Part shown: positions 1-12,559 of the stretch, piece after piece
Position numbering within the stretch: position 1 is the stretch's first letter
Layout of the letters: every line of letters begins with the position of its first letter
Assembly: GCA_951406725.2 (NCBI GenBank)
Contig: OX597815.1
Location: 136,090,001 to 136,154,000 of the forward strand
Length of the DNA: 64,000 nucleotides
Reading direction: 5' to 3'
Origin: Octopus vulgaris
Taxonomy: Eukaryota
Position numbers and translations under genes: made by a program
Notes under the pieces: model-generated
Database searches by the model: none
What the model saw: only the letters and a program-made list of their open reading frames with translations
What the model was told of the DNA's origin: nothing

Positions 1-299
1 TGACCATCACCTTTCTACTTGGACATAGTGACGTAAACTTTGCTATATATACGCACACCAGAATAACAGCAAGGAGATATGCACCGACATCTCTTTGTGT
101 GGCTTAACGATACAAATGTCAATGTTCTCGTCATAATAAAAAAAAAACAAAAAAAAAATCTGTTAAATAGTGTGATTTGATTTAATATGGAGAATATAAA
201 TCCTGTCTAGGTGGATTTATATAATTTTAAGCTCTTTTCCAGAGTATACACACTATATATTTCTGTGTAGCGTTGTCAATGTTATTCTTTAATTCCAGA

Positions 300-500
300 T
301 TATGGTGGCTCAGCATCAAGCAGAATACCTTGAAGTTAGATCTTCTGGAACTTAAAGTTCTGAGTTCAAATTTCGCTAAGGTCAGCTTTGCCTTTCAATC
401 TTTCAAGGTCGATGAAATTAGTACCAAAGAAGTTTTGGAGACAAAATTAATCGACTAAATACCCTCATCCGAATTTCTTGTCTTCCTTAGAAAAAAGCAG
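300..500 (+). mobile_element. Degenerate Meta/MESC-type SINE copy
   Basis: gttctgagttcaaatttcgctaaggtcagctttgcctttcaatctttcaaggtcgatgaaattaagtacca matches the core seen in better copies at 7110-7342 and 32695-32880. Confidence 0.6.
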
Positions 501-1501
501 ATTTAAGTGTGACCTAAGACAATTTTGTCTTTTCGTTGAGTTATAAAATATCACGAGTCACGTGTCCGCCCTCTTCCTTAAAAATGACGTAAGGTGTATT
601 CGGTTATCTTTGACAGATTGTGAAGCATCTTCACTGGTCAGCTATGAAAGATGCATTAAACGTTCACTGAGGATAGTGTTCCAGTTATCAATTATATGAT
701 TGTATGATTACCGGATAGTAGTGAAATTTTTGTGATGCATTTTACCAAGAAATTGTTTCAGAATTATTATTAACTCCAGTATCTCAGGAGAAGTTAGAAT
801 AAACCAATAAACGCGAATTTCTATAAAGTAATCCCAGCAAACGAAAAAGTATTTCTGGTGATTTCAACATTATGCCTGGTAGTGTAACTGCATACGTCAA
901 CAGTGAGAATAATTATAGAGGAATTCCTGAGAATACTTCAATTTGCAATCATTTTCCTATAAGTTTTCTTATAGAATAAATGGATTAAAGGTGACAGAGA
1001 CATCTACTTTTAAATTCCGTAACACGATAAATTGACAGGGTGTGCAAACGAAATAATGGAAACACGGATGTGCTGTAGCGTTTTTATATATACACATATA
1101 TTCAGATTTGTCGACTGTTCCAGCACATCCATAAACGTAGAATCGCTTGTAGTAAATGTGTGTGTGTGTATGTGTGTGTGCGCGCGTGTGTGTACGTGCG
1201 TTTGCGTACAGAATGAGAGATTGCCGAGGCCAAGTGTGTCTTTTCAGTCGCCCAAGGAAGCTGACAGAAGTTGAACATAAGTAATATTTGTTCATAATCG
1301 GGAATGAAGTACCAGTCAAGCACTAAGGTTGATTAATTCGTATATATCCATCCAAACGCATGCAATTTGCTTATGCTAGTGTTAGGAATAAGTGTATATG
1401 TTAAATCATAAGTATAGTAAATGAAATATATTGATGAACATCAAGTATGAGCAAAAACACACATATAAACTTATATATTCGAATACGCACACACACAAAC
1501 A

Positions 1502-1537
<36 letters not shown>

Positions 1538-1540
<3 letters not shown>

Positions 1541-2042
1541 ATATATATAAAACTCTAGTTGTGTGAGTGTCTGTCCCCTTCGATTTAGATTCCTAACTCC
1601 TCCCACATTTTGCGGTTCAGTTTAACCAAATTCGGGTATCTTATAGTCGTGATTCATATCGAGCCCGTCTGACTATTAGCGCGCGTCAACGATGAGTCTA
1701 CGATTTTAAAAATAATTTAACATCATTTTTTATTCCATTTTAATGCATAAAATGCATCGTGTGTCGATGGCGGCGGAGTTGGCGTCCACGCTCACAGCTG
1801 CAACTGTTTGCTTCTCCCCTTCCCTCCCTCGTGAAGCTGTGGGGAAGGGAGTGTAAAGAAATCAACGTCGTAATGCGTTGTGAAGGAAACCAGCGTTCTT
1901 TTAGAACAACGACTTCATGGCTTGAAGACACCAAAACAAAAATGGCTAAGAAAGCCCGAATTTATAAGGGAAGTAACTCTCTAAAAATGCTTATATAGTT
2001 ATTTCCCTTACAAACCCGAGCAACGCCGGGCGATACTGCTAG
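1538..2042 (+). mobile_element. Non-autonomous Helitron
   Basis: Starts a|TCtatatatataaaa; ends cccg-agcaacgc-cggg hairpin, then cgatactgCTAG|t; inserted between A and T with no TSD; second copy at 37824-38220. Confidence 0.85.
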
Positions 2043-2128
2043 TATATATATAAATATTTAGATGGCAAATATACTTCACATTGTCGTGCAGTTACTGTCT
2101 ATACCTCGTTCAGAGATTTATCATTGCT

Positions 2129-2156
<28 letters not shown>

Positions 2157-2159
<3 letters not shown>

Positions 2160-2350
2160 CAAGCCTGTAGATTCGTTACCGCGCCAGGCAATATGCTTAG
2201 CAGCAATTCGTCTGTCTCTAAGTTCTCGATTCAAATTCCGCTAAGGTCGACTTTGCCTTTCATTCGTTCCAGTTGTACAGAGTGGCCAATTTAATAGACA
2301 TACCTCGCCCTTGAAATCACTGAATTTGTGCCAAAAACTGTAACCAATAG
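2157..2350 (+). mobile_element. Meta/MESC-type SINE, degenerate
   Basis: ttcaaattccgctaaggtcgactttgcctttcattc core and tail ttgtgccaaaaactgtaacc. Confidence 0.6.
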
Positions 2351-3299
2351 ATATATATATATATATATAAATGATTGAAACAACTAAAAAGTAATATATA
2401 TATATATATATACAGACATATGTATATGTGTGTTTATATGCCCGAGTGTGTTACATTAATACAGAAACAGCCTTTTTTTATTACATGATCTTTCCTTGCA
2501 TTTGAACATATATTATAAAACAAGTTCAACATAATTCCTAACTTGTAATATATAAAATTACAACATTTTCTATTGACTTGGTGCTAGTCTAGTTTTCAAA
2601 TCGCATTGTATTGGTTTAAGCCGTATTTGTATCCATTATTTACACGCCGAATACAAGATTGACTCTTTTAGTATTTCGAAGAGGAGAAATATGACGAGAG
2701 GAGAAATAACCTACTGCATTTAATGCGACTTTCGCCTGTTTTGGCAACTCCATCTCTGTCTTTAACATTAGCTTTTATATTAGAATTAAGTTACATGTTT
2801 TAAGAGAGTAAACATTCGACCGGTGTGCATTTTAACGAATGATAAAAATCATGAAATGTGTGCTGGATGTAAACTTATGATGACAGAGCAGTACAATATA
2901 ATATATGGTAAGACACTATTCTGACGATCTACAGAATTCTCATCTACAGCTTCTTTTTTCTTTTAAAAATGTTTTCATAAATTGACACAAAAGTAATTGA
3001 AGAGAAGATTACTGTTGAATAAATTAATGGACATAAAGTTTTCTTAGTTCATTGCATACCAGGGCTGAACGTAAGTCAAGATAAAGAATTAATACTTGTG
3101 AGATTTGTAATGAAAACTTAGAGAATGCATTTCCGTATTTAAGAGATGAGGAATTATGCACATTATTTACAATTGACGGATATTTTTCCTCATCTTAGTC
3201 GTTGTTAACACAATGTTTAGACTGATATACGCAACAGCCTTCATCAGGTGTGTTGGGGAAATTTCGAACCTGGGTTCTCCTTCCTAAGGTATTTTTCAA

Positions 3300-3330
<31 letters not shown>

Positions 3331-3357
3331 CTTCTTCTTCTTCTTCTTCTTCTTCTT

Positions 3358-3440
<83 letters not shown>

Positions 3441-3568
3441 TTTTATTATTATTATTCAGGTCACTGCCTGGAATCGAACTCGGAATCTTGGGGTTAGTAG
3501 CCAGCTCTCTTAACCACTACGTCTGAATAATAAAAATAATAATAATAACAATAATAATAATAATAATG

Positions 3569-3635
<67 letters not shown>

Positions 3636-3650
3636 TAATAATAATAATAA
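3300..3650. repeat. Compound microsatellite (GTT)n(CTT)n(ATT)n ... (AAT)n
   Basis: Directly visible trinucleotide tracts. Confidence 0.95.
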
Positions 3651-3695
3651 CAGAACCGAAAAATACCTTAGGGATGAGAACCTAGGTTCTCATCC

Positions 3696-3735
3696 CTGAT
3701 GAAGGCTCGAGGGTGTATCAGCCGAAACGTTGTGT
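3696..3735 (+). ncRNA. Minimal hammerhead ribozyme motif (PLE type)
   Basis: CTGATGA-a-ggct...agcc-GAAA-C-GTT-gtgt; the helix I partner (acac) survives in the minus-strand copy at about 3208-3255 but is replaced here by a palindrome. Confidence 0.6.
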
Positions 3736-5097
3736 TAACAACAAACAATATGAGGACAAATATCCGTCAATTGTAAATAATGAAAACTTAGAGAAATGAA
3801 ATTAAATACCGACGGTGCTCTAGCATGGCTACAGCCCTAGGACTGAAACATACAGAATAAAAAAATATAAGGCAGCAAGTTGGTTCTATTCCGACAACTT
3901 AATAACTTTTTAGTTGTTTTATACTAGAGGCAATATATTGTCCGAGACGGTATAATGTCAAACTAAATATGTAGGATATTTCGTAAATATTACCAATTTC
4001 AATTGCATTTTCATACAAAAACCTCAATTAAATATGTCAATAATGAGTTGCTATTGATTCAATGAACGTTGATCTTTCCCCAAACAAGTGTACCTTTATG
4101 CAAAAGTAAGGATGTGAAAATTCATTTCCTAATTACTCTACATTAATTATAAAGGTCCAGCATTTCAGGAATAGTCGAAAATAAATATCTTAAGAGCGGG
4201 AGACCTAAATAATTTGAAAAGCTTTCCCCTTGTCGAGTTGCTTAGCCGCAGTTCAGCTATACAGCAACGCTGACTGAAGGTATCAAAGGTGTTCACGCTA
4301 TGAAAATCTAGTCTTTTTGTATTTCAAATCTACATTATCCGATGTCTTCCCTTCCTGAGATAATAGATTTGACTACGATTTCTTACAGGTCAAATGACCA
4401 TAGAGGGGATCAACAGCGGTATGGCTTACCTGTTCGGAATAATAATGATCTTTTATTTATAAACCACAGAGCTAGTGGAAAGGAATTGAATCACTACATT
4501 ATACAACTGTACCTGTTTATATTCCACCCAGAGAAGTGAGAAGAGAAGTTGTTCGCAAAATAGTTTCTGTCTAAAGACAGCTATTACTGAATTTTATAAT
4601 ATAACTATAGGACAACAATGTCTGAATAATAAATCAACAGGAGTGGTCAGTGCTTTTATTTAAACGTATTGCAATATATACATATGTGTGTGTGTCTATA
4701 TGTCTGCGTGCGCTTGCGCGCACACGTATGCACACACATGTAGGTGTAGGTATATATGCACGAATGTATGTATATGTGTATGTATGTATGTATGTATGTA
4801 TGTATGTATGTATAGTTTCGAGCGATATAGCACTACTGATATTTATTAAACAATATTCTCTTAATAATTGCGTATGTGTATCCATAAGTATGTACGTATG
4901 TATGTGCATATATATATATACGGACGTGGTTATGTGTTAATGTATGTGTATGTATGCTTATGTAGTAGTGTTTGTCTGTGCACAAAATTATGTGTATGTA
5001 TAGTTATATAAATTCTATAGAAATACATATAAATATAATAGATGTATATTAAAACTCATATACATGTACGCTCATATTTGTATATGCAAATGTAATG

Positions 5098-5130
<33 letters not shown>

Positions 5131-6952
5131 ATGTATATACGTATGTATGCATACACGGGCACAAACACACACATAGATGCACACTCATAATATATATATA
5201 TATATGCTAATCATATTTATATTCGAACATGAATTTTAGTCAGACAAGCCGCCAGCTTTTATATTACGCTCTTAATTGGACGGTAAAGAGTCTAAAAGAT
5301 AATTTTCGCTTGTATGACATTACGTCGAGGTGTGCGTGCGGGTTTGTAATGTATGTGTGCATACATACATACATACATACATACACGTATACATTTGCAT
5401 ACATACGTAAGTATATATATATATATGTGTGTGTACGTGTGTAAATGTGTTTATGTGAACTCATGTATGTGCTAGTATATATGTACGTACGTACGTACGT
5501 ATGTATGTATGTATCTATGTATGTATGTATCTATGTATGTATGTCTATGCATGTTTGTATATGTATATTCTAATTAAGGCAACATAATTATTTGCTGAGA
5601 TCGAATTATTTCAGCTGTTTAAGCATAACTATCCTTGTGTAAAACAAATTATGAAATTTAAAAATGGTGTATTGGGAAAACATTATTATTTAACGTCTTG
5701 CACAGAAAATGAGAAGAATAGCCTCATACAACTTGTCCAAGTGATGGCCTTCCACCTACATTTTCAAGCTATTGCCTGAAAATCGAGAGCTAAAATTTGG
5801 CCATAGAAACAGAAGATTAATTAAAAGTAAATGACGAAAAATGTTAAAGCAGCGAATGTTCGAAAGGAAGAAGCCCTTCATGTAACTTCCGATGAAGTAG
5901 AATCATCTTTTCTTTGCTTCAAGTGTTTCAATGTCTCAGTAGCTAATGGATAACAGAAGTTTACAAAATCAAAATATACAAACGTCTATTACCTGATGTT
6001 CTCTTTACTGAGACAATGAGAATTAAATACGCAGATGGACGAACATATATGATTCCGGATTATGAGCAAATATTACCTATGTTCAACTTCTGTCAGATTC
6101 CTTGTAGTATGTTTAAAGCCCATCGTATGTACCGCAGTATCGGATCAGTTGCTGCTTTAAAGAAGAGCAACATCGCATTTAGATTGCGGAGTGGTACGTT
6201 TGTTTAAAATATTTACATTTCAAATCGATTTGGTGATAGTTAAGCTTGAAGAAAGATTAGCTCTGGAAACAGATTTACTTTAGTTATACTCCATCCAGGC
6301 AAATCATTCAGTAATATCCCAATATTTGATGCTGCTATAGCGCTAACAATACATATACGAATAAATAAACTAATTTTTAAATCGTACTTTATTCCACCAT
6401 TCCCTTTTCATAACTAAACCTGCTTCATTACATCTAACGTATGGTTAGTCTTTCCTTTCCAACGTTCTTTTAAAGCTAAATCTGCTAGTTCCGCTGTTTA
6501 ACTAACTATATCTGATTCACTCTTTCTAAATCACAACTACTTACCAGAAGAGAAATCTTGTTACATACGGTGGCTTCTGGGTGAATACTTTTGTATGTTA
6601 AAAAGGAATGAATAGTTGGTGTCTGCATTAGAATTAACCAACTAAAATGCTTACATTGAACTAAAATCATTGTGAAAAGCATTGGAATCTGTTGTTAATT
6701 TTTCCATAGAAACCCAACACCTGCTGGGGGCTGGATGTTTTTCTTTCGAAACTTAGGTAGATGGCAGCACGATCAACATGATCGAAGATTCACGATGAAT
6801 TCTATACACCGTAGTTATAATTGCTCCTGTTATTAAATAAACTTTTGAAATCTTGTATGAAATGTTTTACTTTTGTTTTGAATAATCGTGGGTCATTCAA
6901 AGAGGTAATATATGAACTATATAAAATGATCATCTTTAACTGCTGACATCCT

Positions 6953-7342
6953 TCTTTTCTACTCTTGGTACAATGCCCGAAATTTTGTGGGAGGGAGCCA
7001 ATCGATTAGATCAACCACAGTACGCAACTGGTACTTAATTTATTCATCCCGAAAGGATGAAAGGCAAAGTCGACCTCAGCGGAATTTGAACTCAGAACGT
7101 AGAGACGAGATACCTATTTCTTTACTACCCACAAGGGGCTAAACATAGAGGGGGCAAACAAGGATAGACAAACGGATTAAATCGATTACATCGACCCCAG
7201 TGCGTAACTGGTACTTAATTTATCGACCCCGAAAGGATGAAAGGCAAAGTCGACCTCGGCGGAATTTGAACTCAGAACGTAACTGCAGACGAAATACGTC
7301 TACGTATTTCGCCCGGCGTGCTAACGTTTCTGCCAGCTCGCC
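6953..7342 (-). mobile_element. Composite tRNA-derived Meta/MESC-type SINE (head + core + tail A, then core + tail B)
   Basis: Minus strand: ggcgagctggcagaaacgttagcacgcc head, gttcaaattcc B-box-like motif, and core gaggtcgactttgcctttcatcctttcgggg...aagtaccag present twice with two different 3' tails. Confidence 0.85.
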
Positions 7343-8568
7343 GAAGTGTTGATAACTCGTATTCAGTGACGTATTTAAATAGGTCGAGCGACATCTTTGA
7401 AGCTTCTTTCTTTGTTCCTTTCTGCTTTTGTGGTTGATGTTCGTCCGTTTTTGTTATTATGTTGTTGCTAATGAAGCAACTGTTGATATTTTTTGTCATT
7501 AAACTTGATATTGTCGCTTTTGCCCTTACTGCTGGCAATTAGTAATTTTTTTTTTTTCCTTTTACAAAACGATGAAAAATTTAACTTTTCTATACAATGA
7601 AAAATGCTATCAGTGAAGAAATCGTCTACGAATACTATAATTCCTATAGTCATTGGCGCTAATAAAAAGATGGAATTTCTTTGCACTTCAGTTGACAATA
7701 AGTAAGAAGATAGTCCAATATATTGTGCTAAGAGGAAAATGTTCACACAAAATAATACTTTTTTTTTATTCTAGACGTACATTTGAAACAAACCTGAAAT
7801 ATATGTTACTAAAACAATAATATTTTTCATCGTCTAGCTCGCATCGAATAAATCCATTAAAAGTAAGAATGCTAATCCTTCCTAATTTTCCGAATTTCAC
7901 AAAATGGAAAAATCATATTTCTTTGAGAAGATTCAAGCAATAAGCTGAATTTTAAAAAGTTCCATTCTGAGGAAGAAAACACTGAGTATGTATATATTTA
8001 AAAGACGAAGATTTCTCTTGATTACAGGTACTGAACAACTAATTATAACTAAAAGAAATAGGCAATACATATACATGTATACATGATTTCGTAGTAAGAT
8101 CAGTACTCCTGGTTAAGCTATAGGTCTTTCGACAGCTTACACTGTATATCAAATTGATCAGTTTCGTTGTTTTTACGATTCATCAGGATTAGCGTACCTC
8201 TACCTTCCAAGATGCTAAATGAAGATACGGAAAATGCAAGTAAGTTTATTATAATTAAGGTAAGCTAATTAATAATGTACCATAGAATTTACCTATATTT
8301 GTTTTGTAGTCAACAATGTATTACAAAGATTATAAACTATCTGTCAGTACAATATATGTGCATACATTTGTAAGTTTTGACTGTTTCTGCAGGTATTCGT
8401 TAGCAATTATGTACCCACTTGAAATATTCACACACAACGCTTATAAACACCTTAAGAGGTATTTATAGCGGTCAAAGTAAATTGGATAGACTGATTTGCA
8501 TATTAAACACTTTCGTGACAGTAAGCATTGAATTGAAACTGTGTTAACAGGATCTCGTTTTTCTGATT

Positions 8569-8627
<59 letters not shown>

Positions 8628-8641
<14 letters not shown>

Positions 8642-8830
8642 CAGCATGTGTATCTGTCTGTGTGTTTGTCATGTTATAACTCGAGATCCACGCAATCGAT
8701 TTTAATGAAATTTTACACATGCATTACATACGGTCCATGGAATGTCATGGATCCCAAAAAGTTTCAGCTTCTTGCCTAATGCAGGCCCAAGGGCAGATAT
8801 ACCTCATTTTAAAGCATTTTCGCAGCGTTA
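8628..8830 (+). mobile_element. Possible Helitron-type 5' fragment
   Basis: tatatataaaa start followed by tgtctgtgtgtttgtc...aatcgattttaatgaaattttacaca, resembling non-autonomous Helitron 5' regions; no 3' end found. Confidence 0.35.
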
Positions 8831-9419
8831 AGTCCCGTAAGTTGAAGAGTATCCAGTTACTTTCTTCCAAATTGGAACAAACATTAATCAGGCTCCTCGA
8901 TTACTGTTGACTAAAAACAATTTTCCAACGCTGACTATGACCCCATCTCACCAAAAATACAGATTTATCACATTTGAGTATATCTCACTGGTTTAGGTCA
9001 TTTTCCCAAGATAAAATATTGACACTACTTATGCATTATAAGTAACGTATAATATTTCATGAAAACTTTTTCTCCATTTTGGCAGAGGAAATGAGAAAGT
9101 TTTTGTCGGCGGCATGTGAGTGTGCGTGCGGTTGGGTAAAGGCACATCAAACCCATTCATCTATTCTCCAGAAGTTCCATGTTGATGTTTCACGTTTCCA
9201 ATCTTGTGCAACGCAGCATGGCCCGACAGCATGTCTGCTTTCTATGTTATCCATATCTGAACTATGTAATGCAAAAAAGGTTCATACAAAAGAAAAAACT
9301 GCTGTTGTGACACACACCCATTTGGGTTTGACCGCGTGAACACTTCCGGAAACTACGCTCCCCACATGCAATTAGTCCCCCACCAGTGTTCCCTCCCCGT
9401 TTAGTCAGACGAGTAAATA

Positions 9420-9884
9420 CTGGGTGTCTCAGAATTAATGATGCTTTGACTGAAATCGGCCGCATTTTTTAAAAACTCTTAATTATATCATGTTTAATAT
9501 GTGTTAAAATGTATAAATTTTGTATTTTGCATATAATTTAATTTTAATTTTCCTTGTACCCGTCTTATTTGTCGATGAGCGCTTTTTTTTTCAATTTGGC
9601 AGCAATCATTTTCTTTACCTCCATCCCCAAGATGGCACAATCGTTTACTGAGTTTAAAGAATACATTCATTTAGCATGCAGGAGCTAACTCCTGAAATAC
9701 TTCAAAATGTGTTTCACAAGGCTAAGGAGAGATTTGAACTATGCAGAGTAAGAGACATGTTAAAAAATTTCAATAAAATTTATAAATCTATTTGTTTTGG
9801 TAATAAACATCAAATGCTATCAGGTTTGTTTTTTAAAATTTGCTCAATTTCATTGAAACAGATAATTAATTCTGGAACACCCTG
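9420..9884 (+). mobile_element. Internally deleted Tc1/mariner-type element (MITE)
   Basis: Imperfect TIRs ta|ctgggtgtctcagaattaat and attaattctggaacaccctg; internal remnant ELTPEILQNVFHKAKERFELC resembles a transposase C-terminus. Confidence 0.65.
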
Positions 9885-10019
9885 AATGGGGAAGCATTGT
9901 TAGTTGTTGTGTTGCTGGAGTAAATATTAAAATCAAAGGTCTTCTCGCCGTAAACATCCCATCTTTTTGTTAGGCATATTGTATCAAGGAGCATATTATC
10001 TTAAATGTATCCCTCCTTT

Positions 10020-10143
10020 ATAGGTGTGGCTGTGTAGCTGAGAAGCTTGCTTTCTATCCATGTCGCCTTGGGTTCAGTCCCTCCGTGCAGCACGTTGGGC
10101 AATTTTCTTTCATTACAGCTCTGTGCTGACCAAAGCCTTGTGT
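10020..10143 (+). mobile_element. tRNA-derived SINE 5' fragment
   Basis: ggtgtggctgtgtagctgagaagcttgct...gggttcagtccc matches the head of the SINE at 62778. Confidence 0.7.
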
Positions 10144-11324
10144 ATTGTCTCATTGCTATTATTGTATTGATATATAAAATAACACACACAAATCATTAAT
10201 TGTTGTCATATAACAAACAAACAGAAGTTCGTGTATGAAATTGATCTTTTTTCTACTTCAAATATTACATGATTTTTCTTATAAAATACACACATATAGG
10301 AGGAGTAAATCTCTCTATATAATAACACTTTGAATGTGGCTCCCGAGAAAGAGTAAAAGTAATTACCCGATCGTCGACGAGTATTATTGCTAGTATTCTA
10401 CAAAGTCCATACGCATATATACGATTTTAACCAACTCCCTGTTATATAACATTTGAAAATAATTTATCTGTGCAGTATGTATGCAGTTCAAAATTAAGTA
10501 ATTTTATAAATCTGGACTGACAACATTCAGATTTCTCATCTAAAATTGTTTTGAGTGCTTATATATTTTGCACTAAAAAAGAAAAAAATTAATATGTTAA
10601 CATAAAATATATTTTAACTAATTTGATCGGAGGTCGTATGTTCCTAATGAAAATTAACTGGGGAGTAATTACTTTAGACATTTAGAACACAAATTGTGCA
10701 CGGTTCTTGTGAGATATATTTTAGTGACTAGGTTGGAGAAGTCCGGCAGAATATATAGAAACTTCTTAAAATACTATACTGATAAGAAATGAACGGTAAC
10801 TGAATGTCATCTGGTTTTAATTATTTAAATTCTTCTTGTGATAAAAGAGCTGGTTTCTCAAAAGAACTGGATTTTAGTAAGTATAGCAAAAACAATGTCA
10901 CATTTAAACTTAAGAAAAGACTTGCATGTATTTATTATTACGCATACATATTGCTTTAATAATGTGCGAGTGAATTGGTTGATTTTATTTCGAAAAAACT
11001 TAGCTAATCCATATTGTCACTTAGGCATTTGCTCATAAAACCAGCTGCACCAGTTATTAGTATAAATTTGAATTTAGAATATATGTATTTATCTAATTAT
11101 GTGAGTATGTGCTTATGTACTTGAGTGTGCTTGGATGTACGTGTGCTGTCTGTATGTTATTTTATTTCTATGACAAAATAGTATGAATAAGTTAAAGTTT
11201 ATTGATAAAATTATTGAGAACTGAAAGGCATAGTCGAACTGTAATTCTAAATCTAAACATAAAGCGAACGAAATGCCTCTAAGCAATTTACCCACCGTGC
11301 TATCGATTCTGTCAGCTTCTTTTA

Positions 11325-11411
11325 CAACAGCAACAACAACAACACCAACAACAACAACAGCCACTCCTCCTCCTCCTCTGCCTCCTCCTCCTCCTCCTCC
11401 TCCTCCTCCTC

Positions 11412-11458
<47 letters not shown>

Positions 11459-11460
11459 GC

Positions 11461-11518
<58 letters not shown>

Positions 11519-11528
11519 TATAATAATG
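11325..11528. repeat. Compound microsatellite (CAA)(CCT)(CTA)(TAA)
   Basis: Directly visible. Confidence 0.95.
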
Positions 11529-11529
11529 A

Positions 11530-12423
11530 ATGCTCTGGTATCCAGCATGCAAGCATGAAAGAGAAGGAGGAAGGTTAGGAAGGAGTGTTATAGAAGAGTT
11601 CGAGCAATCCTGAAGTCTGAGATGAATGCATATAATAAGGTGTTAACCATAAATTCCTTAGCAGTCCCGGTTGTTCTTTATAGCTCCAATGTGCTTAACT
11701 GGAATACCAGTGAAATAATGAAAATCCGCAAGCTATTGACTTGACAGCATACGGAAAATGTTTAGGGACAGTAGAAATTATTACTAGAAGTAAGAAGGTC
11801 TGGTTTGTGCAAGATAAAATATAGCAAAGATAAAGCACAAACAATTGAAAACGAATGAAACTGAAAATAGGTGGGTAAAGAAACGAATGCATGGTCTCTT
11901 TTCAACAAGTATGGACTTGACAGAGCAAAGAATTGGTACGGCCACAAACCTGAAGGCATTGTCAAAAATAGAAATGAAAAGATCCTATGGGATTTTATGA
12001 TTCAGTGCGACCATGAGATTGAGAATAGGAAGCCGGGCATAAACTTAATTGAGAAAAAAAACAAACGATGCTGGATCATAGATATATCATGCCCATCTGA
12101 CAAGAAGGTATGCGATAAGGAAGAAAGAAATGTCGAGAGATATGCAGGTTAGCTTGGGAAGTCAAGCAGTTGTCGTCGATGAAAAAGGTAGCTGTATTAC
12201 CACTAATTGCGGGAGCCCTGGGAACAATGAGCTAAAATCTCGAAAAATGATTGGAACAAATAGGGGCTGCAATAAGGGTGGAGCACTTGCAGAAAACAGC
12301 ACTGTTTGGAATGCTCGAATATTCCGGAAGGCGCTCAAAAAATAAGAGGTGTTACCTTAGTTCACTAGTAATGAACAGCTGACTCCGTAGTACATCTCCA
12401 GCGTTAGAAGCTGTGCAAAGGCG
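11530..12423 (+). mobile_element. Degenerate R4/Dong-like LINE 3' fragment (REL endonuclease) between (TAA)n tracts
   Basis: WYGHKPEG..KILWDFMIQCDHEIENRKP..CWIIDISCP is homologous to the 51267 ORF; (TAA)n on both sides. Confidence 0.8.
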
Positions 12424-12502
<79 letters not shown>

Positions 12503-12559
12503 TAATAATAATAATAATGATAATAATAATAATGATGATAATAATGACGATAATGATGA

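Larger units (their letters stand above)
3126..3782. mobile_element. Penelope-like inverted pseudo-LTR element with hammerhead motif and microsatellite-filled centre
   Basis: Inverted arms about 3161-3297 and 3659-3782; ~35-nt extension at 3126-3160; flanking direct repeat taatgaaaacttagagaa at 3108-3125 and 3778-3795; CTGATGA...GAAAC core in the arms. Confidence 0.75.

Noticed and set aside
6016-6207. Shared peptide IPDYEQIL.MFNFCQ in ORFs at 6016 (+) and 1102-1323 (-) as duplicated exons
   Set aside because: Similarity is confined to a 53-bp DNA inverted repeat; no splice-site or codon evidence
11273-11578. Pro/Thr/Asn homopolymer ORF, and similar poly-I/L/Y/M/H ORFs elsewhere
   Set aside because: Trinucleotide microsatellite translations
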